Below, one piece after another: positions 10,661 through 21,600 of a stretch of DNA of 64,000 nucleotides. The position numbers and the translations under genes are program-made. Every line of letters begins with the position of its first letter. Position 1 is the first letter of the stretch. A model generated the notes under the pieces. That model was not told the origin of the DNA, made no database searches, and was given only the letters and a program-made list of their open reading frames with translations. Origin of the DNA: Myxococcota bacterium (GTDB taxonomy: Bacteria > Myxococcota_A > SURF-8); NCBI GenBank assembly GCA_965140415.1, contig OZ223209.1:2688001-2752000 (forward strand), written 5' to 3'.

Positions 10661-11716
10661 ATGAAACAGCGAAAAACAATATTAGGTCAGATCGTGATGA
10701 CCGCAGTGCTTTATTTACTGTTTGCATTACCTGCTTACGCCAATCCCGGTATGCCAGGGTTTATGGGAGATGCGGAAAATGCTTCCTTGAGGATGCAGGC
10801 GGTCAGTTTGGCCCTGGTGCGGCATCTGTCTCTGACCGAGGAACAAAAAACGCAAATCAAATCCGAGTTGGAGCCGTTGCAAGCGGAATTGACCGAACTG
10901 CGGGAAATGGAGGACAACTGGCGCAACAACGTAGTGAAAGCGCGGCTTGAGCAGATTATTAGGGATCTGAAGGCGGATAAAGATCCAACGCCTCCCGATG
11001 CAAAAGAGCAAGAGTTGTTTTATGAAATGCACCAGAAGCGATTTGCCCAGCGCGATCGGGTAGACGAGGCTTTCGATAACATCGTTTCCATGTTGACCGA
11101 CGATCAGAAACAGAAACTGTGGGGTTTCGATCCGCGTGAATACCTGGGATTTCATCCCACGCTCAAGCCGGGCATGTTGTTGCAGGAAAATCCGATGGAA
11201 GTGATCCATGCCATTCGCAATGCCAGCGACAAAGAGTTCGTGCTTATGAAAGAGCGCCTGTCGTTTTTCAAGGAGCGTCCAGGTCGCAAGGGACGTTCCG
11301 AGGCGAAATCGAAACGTCACGAAAAACGAGTCGAGAAACTTGTTGAACTGATGACCTCGTTACGGGAAATGTCGGATGATCAGTTCGAAGCTCAGGCGGA
11401 GAAACTGGAAAAAGATCTTGCGGCGTTGCTTCCCGGTAAGCGTGGACGGCGTGGGCATCATGGCGGCTTTGGTATGAAGCGCGGCATGGGCAAGAAAGGC
11501 AAGATGGGCAAAGGACGAGGTCCGGGAAATGGTCCAGGCAATGGTCCGGGATGCGCTTCGGGTGATTGTCCGATGGGAGTCGGTCCGAACGGTGATGGCG
11601 GACCGGATGACTTCGCAGGTCGTGGCCCCGGTATGGGCAAAGGCGGTCCATTCAACTTTGACGATAAGCTGAAAATCTTGATCGTCGTTTCCGAAGAGTT
11701 CTATGAGACCCTATAA
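10661..11716 (+). CDS. Secreted helical Spy/CpxP-like protein with Gly-rich tail
   Basis: Signal peptide (AYA); LTEEQK and LTDDQK (LTxxQ) motifs; GPGN repeats. Confidence 0.65.
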   Translation: MKQRKTILGQIVMTAVLYLLFALPAYANPGMPGFMGDAENASLRMQAVSLALVRHLSLTEEQKTQIKSELEPLQAELTELREMEDNWRNNVVKARLEQIIRDLKADKDPTPPDAKEQELFYEMHQKRFAQRDRVDEAFDNIVSMLTDDQKQKLWGFDPREYLGFHPTLKPGMLLQENPMEVIHAIRNASDKEFVLMKERLSFFKERPGRKGRSEAKSKRHEKRVEKLVELMTSLREMSDDQFEAQAEKLEKDLAALLPGKRGRRGHHGGFGMKRGMGKKGKMGKGRGPGNGPGNGPGCASGDCPMGVGPNGDGGPDDFAGRGPGMGKGGPFNFDDKLKILIVVSEEFYETL

Positions 11717-11746
11717 AACACCCTGGTATCTGTAAAGGAACGAAAT

Positions 11747-11782
11747 CGGCGGCTGTCAGGCGACAGTCGCCGTTTTCGTTTT
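11747..11782 (+). terminator. Intrinsic terminator
   Basis: CGGCGGCTGTC-aggc-GACAGTCGCCG followed by a T-rich tail. Confidence 0.75.
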
Positions 11783-11879
11783 AACGGCTACATGAGACAA
11801 TAAAGTAGAAAAGCGCACTTTCAATTCTTGGAATTTCCATGCCGATTTCATTTAATGTCTATCGAAATTACAGGCATTC

Positions 11880-11909
11880 TTGACAGTTTCCCGATTCTCA
11901 CGGTATAAG
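11880..11909 (+). promoter_or_regulatory. sigma70-type promoter
   Basis: TTGACA-N18-TATAAG upstream of the HEAT-repeat gene. Confidence 0.5.
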
Positions 11910-11964
11910 TGGACAGTTCGAATCCTAAAAGGAATCCAGATTAACCATGTACCAGGAGGGAGTC

Positions 11965-13287
11965 ATGGAGGCAGTGCGTAAACACGTTTTTTTCGTGGCG
12001 TTTATTGTATTGATTCTCTGTTCGATTTACGCCTGCGATACCACACCTGAGAAAATCGACGTTTGGGCCGATTCCGTAAACGGTGAAACACGCATCGCCC
12101 AGGCGATTTCCAATGCCGATTTGGAATTGTCCATTCGTGTTTACGGCGTGATCAAGTTAATTAAGGTCCGCCAATTCGATCTGTTGTTGAAAACCCTGAA
12201 ATCGCTTCCAAAGGCGGATCGCAGCGCATTGTTTAAAGCCTCTGCGCCGGAAATCGGCAAGATGTTTACTGTGCCGGATCTCTCCACCCAGGCAGCCGGC
12301 AAAGATATGCTCTACCTGTTGATGACGATGGAGCAGAAGGCGGTGCAGAAATCCGCGCAGCAGGCGATTTTGCACTGGTATGAAAAAGATTTTCTTAAGA
12401 AATACTCTGCCGGAAAGTTCTCCGCCCACCATGTGTTGACTCAAATCGGTCCGGCTGCTGGAGATCTGCTGGTGAAACTCATGGAGAGCGAACCCAAGGG
12501 ACGCGTAAAAGTAGCTAAGATCGTTGCGGAAATCAATGATCCACAGGTAACTTCACAGGTGTCGGACTATTTTCTGACGCAGTTGAAAGAACAAACTCCA
12601 GACTTGAAACCGGATCTGTTACAGGTGATCTGTTATGCGCGAGATGATCGGGTTACGGAATTTCTAAATCACTATGTTGTAGAAAAAAAGAATCCGTTGG
12701 CGATCCGATTGAATGCCTTCAATACGTTGACTTTCCTGCCTTCCAAATTGACCTTGCCTGCGGCTACGCGAATCTTCATCGATCGAAACGAATCGATCGA
12801 CATGCGGGGGATCGCGATAGAATTGCTTCAAAAAATCGGAGACGAGTCCATTCTTAAATATCTGTATCCCTTCCTTAAGGACCAGGATGTAAAATGGGCG
12901 ACCTTCGCGGCAATCTTGAAAGTGGGAGGTGAAACGGAGATCGGCAAAATATTGGATTCTTTAAATCCCAGGGTGACGTTCTGGCGTGGAGACTACGATG
13001 TTGCACGACGTCATTTAAAAGAACTTAGCCCAAAAGTCGTGGAACAATTGGTAGGACGTTTGAAATCCAGGAATGTGCCGATTGTGGCGCTGGCTTTGAT
13101 CGGACTGCAATACACAGCGGACATTGACGTCGCCGAAAAACACATCAAGCCTCTGTCTAAAGATAAACGCAACATCAAAAACTATCTCACCGATAAGACG
13201 TTTACCATTGGCATGATGGCAACCGAGATTTACAATATCATCAAGAGTAACTCTTCCGGTTCGGTCAAAAAGACCAATGAGGAATAA
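11965..13287 (+). CDS. HEAT-repeat lipoprotein
   Basis: GGAGG RBS; lipobox IYAC; helical repeats such as MRGIAIELLQKIGD. Confidence 0.65.
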   Translation: MEAVRKHVFFVAFIVLILCSIYACDTTPEKIDVWADSVNGETRIAQAISNADLELSIRVYGVIKLIKVRQFDLLLKTLKSLPKADRSALFKASAPEIGKMFTVPDLSTQAAGKDMLYLLMTMEQKAVQKSAQQAILHWYEKDFLKKYSAGKFSAHHVLTQIGPAAGDLLVKLMESEPKGRVKVAKIVAEINDPQVTSQVSDYFLTQLKEQTPDLKPDLLQVICYARDDRVTEFLNHYVVEKKNPLAIRLNAFNTLTFLPSKLTLPAATRIFIDRNESIDMRGIAIELLQKIGDESILKYLYPFLKDQDVKWATFAAILKVGGETEIGKILDSLNPRVTFWRGDYDVARRHLKELSPKVVEQLVGRLKSRNVPIVALALIGLQYTADIDVAEKHIKPLSKDKRNIKNYLTDKTFTIGMMATEIYNIIKSNSSGSVKKTNEE

Positions 13288-14348
13288 TGGCAACCGCAGA
13301 TTTTGATCAGACTGCCGTACCACCTGAGAAAACGTTAGCAAAAACAGCCCAGAAAAAACATTGGCGGAGATCCGGCGATTCCACCTATTACAACTGGTTG
13401 TTGTTTGGTGGAAACCGGCCAACTCCGATTACCTGTCTTGCAGACTCGACAAGGCCTGAAGTTGGGTATCAATGCGCTTTTCCTCGTTTGTTTCGCTTTG
13501 GCGAGCAACTTAGCTGGTCTATGGAAATCGGGGAATCTCTTTTCGCAGAAAAGGATGCCGGAGAGTCTCAGGAACTCAGCCTATTCGGTCATATTTTGGA
13601 TGACGCATTAGAGAACCAGTTTGAACCGGTGATGTGTTTTCCAAATTCCGATCACGTTCAACGGTTATCCCAGTCGTTTTCGATGATCCACTTTCTGGAT
13701 CTGTGGAAAATGACGCTCGTTCTGCAACCGCACAGGCTGTTACCTGCAAACGTGCCCAAATTTTTCGCAACGGGCGGTTTTAGTCCGTTGCTGCTCAGTC
13801 GCCACCTTTCGCGAAGCATGATGCGCCGTCTGGACTCGGCGGATATCCGCATTCTTCGTCCTGGAACTTTTGGAACCTGGGCGGATGAACTCTGGCGGCA
13901 GACCAGGCTGCGCAAAGAGGCCGGAGTGGTGAAGGATTTCGATTATTTGCGCTGGCGATATGATGAGCATCCGGACACGTACCGTATCTATCAAGCCATG
14001 CAGGGAAACAAAACCGCCGGACTTTTGGTAACGAAGATTCGCGCTAAAAGCGAAGATGACATCTACGGCATGATTGTTGACCTGATGCTTCCATCTCATA
14101 ACCGCTTGGTGTTGCATAAATTATTGCTGGAAGCGGAAATGGATTTCATTTCCGAGAAATGCATTGCGATCGACACCTGGCTTGCGCCTCACGCTTTTTT
14201 CATTCCCGCCCTTTTTTCATTCGGTTTTATACCGACCACACGCCAGCCTTTATTGCTTCAGGCGTCTCAACTCTCGAACATTAAAAAGAAAAGATGGGGT
14301 AATCCCAGGCATTGGTTCCTTACGATGGGAGATACGCAGTTGGCATGA
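13287..14348 (+). CDS. GNAT-fold protein
   Basis: DFDYLRWRY, GMIVDL and terminal LTMGD motifs seen in tandem-GNAT-like proteins. Confidence 0.55.
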   Translation: MATADFDQTAVPPEKTLAKTAQKKHWRRSGDSTYYNWLLFGGNRPTPITCLADSTRPEVGYQCAFPRLFRFGEQLSWSMEIGESLFAEKDAGESQELSLFGHILDDALENQFEPVMCFPNSDHVQRLSQSFSMIHFLDLWKMTLVLQPHRLLPANVPKFFATGGFSPLLLSRHLSRSMMRRLDSADIRILRPGTFGTWADELWRQTRLRKEAGVVKDFDYLRWRYDEHPDTYRIYQAMQGNKTAGLLVTKIRAKSEDDIYGMIVDLMLPSHNRLVLHKLLLEAEMDFISEKCIAIDTWLAPHAFFIPALFSFGFIPTTRQPLLLQASQLSNIKKKRWGNPRHWFLTMGDTQLA

Positions 14349-14504
14349 TAGAGGGTTGATTTCTTCCGGAGAGGCATTTTTCGCGATTCTTGTCGCCCTG
14401 AACGTGATTTTCGTTTATAGTGGCTGCGGGGATTTTCCTGAAATCTGTGGAACCGACCTGCTAGAGAGATCAAAGCCGAATATTTCACGAATCGGAGCCG
14501 TTAT

Positions 14505-15665
14505 ATGACACCGGAATCTGTCGAAGAGACGAAGCTTCGTGATGCAATCGCCGAGTTGAATCAAGGTGCTGTGACGGAAACGGCGCAACGCCTGTATTTT
14601 TCCGTTACCAATACGGAATTGAATGAGGAACAACGCGCATTTATCGAAACTCCAGCACATCAGCATCATGGTGAAAAGCATGTCATGGCCATTCACTGGC
14701 ATCCGGAATACGTTCCCATGGAATGGATCGTTACTCGGGTCAGTAAAAGTTTTCCCGATTCGGAAGAACAACTGCTGATTCCTACACAGCACAACCAGTT
14801 GTTGTCTATCGGTCCATATACCGGTGTCGAAATAGACTGCTACTCGCCGGAATTCAAACTGAAAGTTCAGTTGCTGTTGCATTTCAAGAATGAGCGCTTG
14901 AAACAGGCCAGCACGTTGAAGGCGATGATCGATCATACCTTCCGCTACCGGGCAAGCCAGTTATTCGAATTTATCGATTCGTTGACGGAAGATGCCTTTA
15001 ATGCGCGGGTTCAGAAAGCAGCTAAAAGCAGTTTGACGGGGTCTGCTGAAATTGAGTTCGCTCGACATCACATGAAAACGCTGAAGGCGTTGATTGAAGA
15101 AAATGAACACCGTACCAATCCCATGATGCTGAGAAACAAATTGGTGCGGGACTATTTCAATGCGCTTTCCCCATATTTAGATCCAAATCAGATCCATCAG
15201 GTGCAGGCCTTCTTGCGTACGCTAAAGAAAATCGTCAAAGCGGAATTCAATCCCGGATTTTTCTATAACACGCAGGAAATCATTGAAGAAGCCAGACATA
15301 ATCATGCAGGGATCATCATTCCACATCCAGAGCAGTTCTGGCCGATTCTGCTAGCCGATTATGACGTGGATGGCATTGAAGTATGGAATCCGCAATCGTT
15401 GAAATATACCGATTTCCTGATTGAAACCGTGCATCGTCTTAATAAGGGACATCGAAGCTCCGAACATTCCATCCTTGTAACCATGGGCGATGACTGCCAT
15501 ATGGGAGAAAAAGTCTTGCCTCCCGAACGTCAGGATCGTAAAAAGGCGGCAAGAGAAATTGGTTCTCAGCCGGGATGGGAAGAACTGGGCATTCGTAAGT
15601 GCCTGGCAAGATACAACATCTCTAAAAAACACATGATACAACAATACCGGGAACGTTTGGATTAG
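14505..15665 (+). CDS. PHP-like metal-dependent hydrolase
   Basis: HWHPE, IPHP, DGIEVWN and MGDDCH motifs. Confidence 0.6.
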   Translation: MTPESVEETKLRDAIAELNQGAVTETAQRLYFSVTNTELNEEQRAFIETPAHQHHGEKHVMAIHWHPEYVPMEWIVTRVSKSFPDSEEQLLIPTQHNQLLSIGPYTGVEIDCYSPEFKLKVQLLLHFKNERLKQASTLKAMIDHTFRYRASQLFEFIDSLTEDAFNARVQKAAKSSLTGSAEIEFARHHMKTLKALIEENEHRTNPMMLRNKLVRDYFNALSPYLDPNQIHQVQAFLRTLKKIVKAEFNPGFFYNTQEIIEEARHNHAGIIIPHPEQFWPILLADYDVDGIEVWNPQSLKYTDFLIETVHRLNKGHRSSEHSILVTMGDDCHMGEKVLPPERQDRKKAAREIGSQPGWEELGIRKCLARYNISKKHMIQQYRERLD

Positions 15666-15695
15666 TTCCTGTTCGATAATGTGGAAGGACATACT

Positions 15696-16571
15696 ATGAA
15701 GATCGGGGTGATCGGCACTCCTGGGAAATGGTCCTCTGAGCATTTGGCGGATGAGGTACAGCGTTTAACCGGTTTCCGGTTATTGGTGGACATGAACGAT
15801 GTCTGCTTCGATCTTTCCAAATCGGAATGTCGCGTTGGAAACGTCGTCTTAAACGAACTGGACGCCTTAATCGTTAAAAAGATTTCTCCGCGATACTCGC
15901 ATTATTCTCTGGATCGTATCGATCTGCTTGATGTTCTGCAATCTCAGAATGTAAGGATATTCTCGAAACCGGAATGTCTTAACAAAGCCGTCAATCGTTT
16001 GACCTGCACGTTGGAACTCAGTAAGGGAGGAATCCCGATACCGGAGACCGTCATTACCGAAAATGCGGAAGAGGCGGCTTCGATGGTCAATCGATTTGAA
16101 TGCGCCGTGTTCAAGCCGCTATTCACATCAAAGGCTCGCGGTATGCGGGTGATCTGCGCCAACGAAGACGTCCGGGAGAAAATTCTGGCTTATAAAGCCG
16201 AGCATCCGATTCTGTACATCCAGAAGTTCGTAGAAACCTATGGGCGCGATTATGGCCTGGTCTTTTTAGGTGGGAACTATCTGTCTGCGTATTCGCGTGT
16301 CAAACAGCAGGGGAGTTGGAATACCACTACGCGTTCGGGCGGAAAGTATCAGCCGTATTCACCGCCGGATGATTACATCGAATTGGCGAAATGCGCTCAA
16401 GATCTGTTCGGTCTTGATTTTACCTGTGTCGATGTGGCCGAAACAGAGAATGGACCTGTGGTTTTTGAAGTTTCTGCATTCGGCGGATTTCATGGTTTGC
16501 GCGACACCAGCGGCATAGATGGTGCCACACTCTATGCGGAATATGTGGTGAACCAATTGTCGGAAAAATAG
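15696..16571 (+). CDS. RimK-like ATP-grasp enzyme, GAK-system type
   Basis: MKIGVIGTPGKWSSE, FKPLFTSKARG, SWNTT..GG, FEVSAFGGF. Confidence 0.85.
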   Translation: MKIGVIGTPGKWSSEHLADEVQRLTGFRLLVDMNDVCFDLSKSECRVGNVVLNELDALIVKKISPRYSHYSLDRIDLLDVLQSQNVRIFSKPECLNKAVNRLTCTLELSKGGIPIPETVITENAEEAASMVNRFECAVFKPLFTSKARGMRVICANEDVREKILAYKAEHPILYIQKFVETYGRDYGLVFLGGNYLSAYSRVKQQGSWNTTTRSGGKYQPYSPPDDYIELAKCAQDLFGLDFTCVDVAETENGPVVFEVSAFGGFHGLRDTSGIDGATLYAEYVVNQLSEK

Positions 16572-16625
16572 TCCTCCGATACCGATTCTTGATGAGTTGT
16601 AGGTTGTTGAAAGGAATGAAAAGCG

Positions 16626-18308
16626 ATGAGAAGAAGCCTTGGACTGTTTTGGGTCATAATGTCGATGTTGCTCATGGTGATCTGTTCTGCGTGTGGGGAT
16701 TCCGACGAAGAAACCGTTGATGGTGATTCTTCCGATGGTGACATGGATGTGGAAGCGAGTTCTGAAGGGGAACTTTCCGATGGTGATACAGAGACGGAAG
16801 CGGAAGTCGCAACCGGTTTGCCTGCGTCTCTTGCAATCGAGTATTCACGTGAGGATACCGGAGAGCCGGTAACGGAGCAGGAAGTACGTGACTTCACGCT
16901 CAACCTGATCCAGTTCATGAAAAAGGTCCATTATTACGACTACATTCTGTACACCACGCATGGTATCGATGCCTCGACAGGGCTGCCGGATTGGCAATTC
17001 TGGTACAACGAGCGCTTCAAGAAAGAGGGGGATCTGGTTACGTTTTACCATCCGGAAAACCTGAATGACGGCGGACACAACCTGCACATTCCGTTAAGTC
17101 GTGTGCTGGGCGATACGCTGGCTGCTTACATGCTGATCGGAGACGATACCATGGGCAAAGCGGCGGAACAGCTTTGCAAGGGTTACAGCGCCTCTATGCT
17201 GGGTATGGTTCACGATGAAGACGACGATCTCCCGCACTTGATGACGAGAAATGTGGTTCCGGCCTTAAACCATGAGTTTCTCACTCACGACGGCAAACGT
17301 AAAGCGGTGGATTACAGCGGGTGGTTCTCGCCGTACGACCGGTGGAACTGCTATCGCTACAAAATCGAAAACAATCCCTATTGGGGAGAGATGTGGGTAA
17401 CGAATTTGCGTTCCAAAGACGACGTGCCTCACGTTTTCCGTTTTGTGCCGGTATTGCGATATGCGGTTGAAAGTCTTGAGGAAGGCTCCGTAAAAGAGGC
17501 GTGTGGAGAAACGTTGGAATTGCTGGAAACGTTTGCCAAGGATATCGTAGAGTCCGACTACCGTATTCGCACGAAAGATGCAAACGGCGAAATCATGATC
17601 CCCGGTTATACCGATGATCCTGATTTGAACAAGCTACAGGGGGATCTCGCATCGTTTATCAACTATCGGGAGTTTCTGCCTGAAGGCGAATGCAACGCGC
17701 GGCGTGGTGCGGAGCTGATTGGATACCATCATTCCATCAATGAAGATTGCGGGCGCGGCGAGCCCAATGGCTATGACAAGATTTCATTTGCGATCAATCG
17801 CTACAACAAGCGAATCTGTCGCTATTTCCACCTGGCTCATCTTGCCAATGCCCTGGTCAATCGAGATAACGATGCCGCCCAGTTGCTGATCGATGGTTTG
17901 GACGAGCGCATGAACCAGGAAAAAGAAACACCGGAAAGCGAGATGGGATATGCTCCGGAAGACTGGTGGCGCAACGTGGCGCTCTATTTAACACAAAGTC
18001 ACAGCTTTGGGTATCCGCTCACCAGCGATGACGTTCGCCTGATCCATACCTACTACAAAAAAGCGATCAATGAGTACAACGGCTGGCCCTATTGGGATCC
18101 CTGGGACGAGTCCGTGCCGGATCTGGAAAGCGCGGCTTATCGTCCGCCAAATTGCCGCACTGAAAACGAGGAAACCGATTGCTGGTGGCGAGTGGAAGAT
18201 TTGGGGCAGATTTTCGAGAACTGCTGGTCACCGCTTGTGAATCCGACAAGCGCTTCCTTTGTGGACTGCGATCTGGTCCGTGATCCGGAACAGTGGAAGG
18301 ACAAATAA
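16626..18308 (+). CDS. Lipoprotein of unknown function with acidic DGD linker
   Basis: Lipobox CSAC then GDSDEETVDGDSSDGD; 560 aa, several Cys. Confidence 0.7.
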   Translation: MRRSLGLFWVIMSMLLMVICSACGDSDEETVDGDSSDGDMDVEASSEGELSDGDTETEAEVATGLPASLAIEYSREDTGEPVTEQEVRDFTLNLIQFMKKVHYYDYILYTTHGIDASTGLPDWQFWYNERFKKEGDLVTFYHPENLNDGGHNLHIPLSRVLGDTLAAYMLIGDDTMGKAAEQLCKGYSASMLGMVHDEDDDLPHLMTRNVVPALNHEFLTHDGKRKAVDYSGWFSPYDRWNCYRYKIENNPYWGEMWVTNLRSKDDVPHVFRFVPVLRYAVESLEEGSVKEACGETLELLETFAKDIVESDYRIRTKDANGEIMIPGYTDDPDLNKLQGDLASFINYREFLPEGECNARRGAELIGYHHSINEDCGRGEPNGYDKISFAINRYNKRICRYFHLAHLANALVNRDNDAAQLLIDGLDERMNQEKETPESEMGYAPEDWWRNVALYLTQSHSFGYPLTSDDVRLIHTYYKKAINEYNGWPYWDPWDESVPDLESAAYRPPNCRTENEETDCWWRVEDLGQIFENCWSPLVNPTSASFVDCDLVRDPEQWKDK

Positions 18309-18615
18309 CAGCCGGAGACAGTCCGGGGGAGGGGCTGGGTTCTCTAAAGCATCGTGCGTGCTGGCAATGGGTTCCACTCCTGCTTGAGTTGCCATTCCGC
18401 AGCTTTTCAAACAAAGTACATCCGATACGGGTATGTAGCAGAAAACTACCGGAAATCATAGGAATATGGTAAGATTCTGTCCAAGTCGTTTCTCGCTATT
18501 AAAATGACTTTACCATTGTTTAAGAGACCGAAACCGTGTTTGAAGCGGTTTCGGTCGCGGCAGAATAACCCCAGCGGAGAGAGCGTTTCCATTCTTGTAA
18601 TAGTGTTCACAGGCG

Positions 18616-21600
18616 GTGATGCGGGAGAAGAGAAAAATACGGATTCCGGGGAAAATAGGGCAGGTCAATCGGCGTAGATTGGTCGTGGGAATCGTGTTCT
18701 CTGCTTTTCTTGTATGTGTGGCTTTTACATCGATCCTTTGGAGTTTGACAAATCGTTTCGGTTCGGAAATTGCCGTTGGTGTGGCAAATCGCCTAATTTC
18801 TAAAGTAGGTTATGGACCGATCATCCGTGCAGATGTCAGCCTAGATATTTGGGATTCCAGCCTGACTTTAAGCAATGTACATTTGGATTTTCCTCAGCGA
18901 GGCTCCGTTGAAGCGGATCGCTTGACCGTTACATTGCAACCTCTTCAATTGTTCTACAATCGACTGATAATCCAGAGAATCGACCTGCTTCATCCAAGAG
19001 TGCATTGGAACCTTCTCGCAAAAAGAGATGTCTTTAATACGAAAGTGGGTTCCAGTGCTTCCGATTTGGCTTTCGATATCATTGTGAAGAAAATCGATTT
19101 GCGGCGAGGGGAGGTGCTGCTGGAATCTGGTGGCGAAGATCCTTCCGTGTTGACGGATATTCGTCTTAGCGCCAGCTATGACAAAGCGGGTAACGATTAC
19201 CCGTTCGTCTTGGAGAGTGGCAGCGGTAGAGTCGCTACCAGCGACCTGAATCTTCCGGTCAACCTGTTTCGTGTCAGTGGTCGTGGGAGCGAACGCGGAG
19301 TGGCGGTACACTCTCTAAAAGTGTTTTTACCGGAGATGGAACTGGAAGCGAATGGATCGCTAGATGGCATGAATAGCAAGACGGGAACCTTCCAGGCCAA
19401 CTTGAATATTCCATTGGAAAAAGTATCGGAAGCAATTCCCTCGATTCCAAAGTTAAAAGGAAACGCAGAGGTCGCTCTCTCTTTCGATGGTGGTGTCGAT
19501 CATCCGGAGTTGAAAGGAACGATCAAGCTTGCGGATGGTTGGATTGAGACTTTCCGTTTGGAAGACATAGAACTGGCATTTGATGTCAATCGTATGAGGG
19601 CGCATCTAAATGGCAGTGTTTGTCACTTCGCACAGGGAGTTGTTACGCTAGAGCAGGCGGAACTGCGTTTTGAAGAAGGCTATCCTATCGATATTCGCGC
19701 GAAACTGGATAATGTTGAGTTGGGTCATGTCTTGAGTAATGTCACGGATTTACATTCAAAGGTCATGCAATGGCAGACCGGTACCGCTTTTATGTCCGGC
19801 AAACTAGTGCCTTTCAAGATGCAAGGGCGTGCGAAATTGGATGTAAGAGGCCATCAGGTCAAAGATGTAGGTTATCGGAAATGGCCAAAAGGTATGGATA
19901 TCGTTGGTGTTAATTCCGCGAAAGTGGATGTCGGACTGTTCGTGGATGACAGCTGTTTTGAAATTCAAAAGGGAACGGCTAAATTCGGGAATACGGTTGT
20001 GGATGTAAATGTGGTTCATTTCGGTTTCGACAGCATCTTTCACATGGACTATTCCTCCACTCAATTCGACATGTCGGATCTTGAAACACTACTTGAACTT
20101 CCTGTGCAGGGGCAAGGATCGCTTTCTTGCATCATACATGGTCCTTCTGATGATCCAACGATCACGGCATGGGTCGATATGGAAGATTTTGGAATCGCGG
20201 ATTATCGGCTTGGTCACACCAAAATGGATGTCTGGTACTACGATGAAGTGCTGAAGTTGTCCAATGCAACGATACGAAAAGGAATCAAGTCCGTTTATCA
20301 TGCCAGCATGGGCTTCGATTTCAAACGTGAAGGGCCGTATACCTGGGTGAATGCTGCAACCGAAAATCTTGACATTCAAGATCTCCTGGATGTGATCGGA
20401 CGCAAAGATGACTTGGGTGGTATTTTAGAGGGGCGGATCACTGGAGCCGGAAGTCTAAGCGGACCTCTTGGACGATTCAGTGGTGAAGCTAGGCTTGTAT
20501 TGCCGGAATTTACCACCCATCAGCAGTCTTTCGATACAGCCAGGGCTGATTTTAGGCTGGAGCAGAATGACTTGTTGATTAAGAAACTGGAGCTTCGAAA
20601 AGGTTCGGGTCTTATCAACGTTAGCGGTCAGATTAAAGATCTGGATCAACTGGATTTACGTTTTCAGTCCAAACGCATGAGCATTTCCGATTTGGATGTG
20701 CTGTCTTTTCTATTTGGTGATGCGGCGAAAGGAGAAACGGAATTCAGCGGCAGCGTTCGTGGCACTCGGGCAAATACCATCGTTCAAGCTCAATTGCTGA
20801 TCGATGAAATGCAGATCGGAAAAGAGCTATTCGAGCCATCTGAAATCCATGCAGAGTGGACTGCACAGTATCTTGATTTAGATGCGATCTTCTTCAATAG
20901 AAAACTAAAAGCAAGCGCACTCTTTTCGTTCGATCAGCATCAGCAGGTTCAGATAGAGGCTAAAGCGAGTGATTTTCGATATGGGTTTCTTTTAAGCAAG
21001 TTGCTTGATCTAACTGTGGAAGATGGTTCGGTGTCGGGTTCTCTGTCTGGTACGATTCCACTGAAGCATCCCGAGAAAACGACAGGAACGGTGCAAATCG
21101 AAAACGTGACTGGTACCTATCGTTCGATTCCGCTAAAGAATAAAAGTCGAGCGACATTGAACCTTGCCAATGGTGTTTTTCGATTGGATCCGGTTGACAT
21201 CATCGGCAAAGATATCTCGATGGAAGTGCGTGGAGATATTGACCTGAATGGGAATCTGGACCTGATCTTCAATGGCGAAAGTGATTGGCGCCAACTTGTG
21301 GAGTTGAACGATTTACTGGAAAACGGGCAAGGACCGGTATCCCTTTCTTTCAATTTAGGAGGACAATGGGAAAACCTGCAACTGTCTGGTCAGGCTTCTT
21401 TCCGCCGCTCTACGTTGAAGATAAAAGATGTCGATCCGCTATATAACCTGCGCGGAACGATACAGGTCAATGGTGATCAATTGGCACTGGATCGTGTTTC
21501 GTTCCGGTATTTGGGTGGTACTGTCAGCATTAATGGAAACGTGTTTGCCTCGATAAACGATGGAAGCCTGAAACGTACCGATCTTTTCCTCAATCTGGAC

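Noticed and set aside
11500-11650. GGTCC(G/A)GG repeats
   Set aside because: They encode the GPGN low-complexity protein tail; not an independent DNA element.
18526-18556. 11-bp inverted repeat upstream of tamB as a riboswitch or REP
   Set aside because: Single hairpin with no second copy or recognisable aptamer motif.
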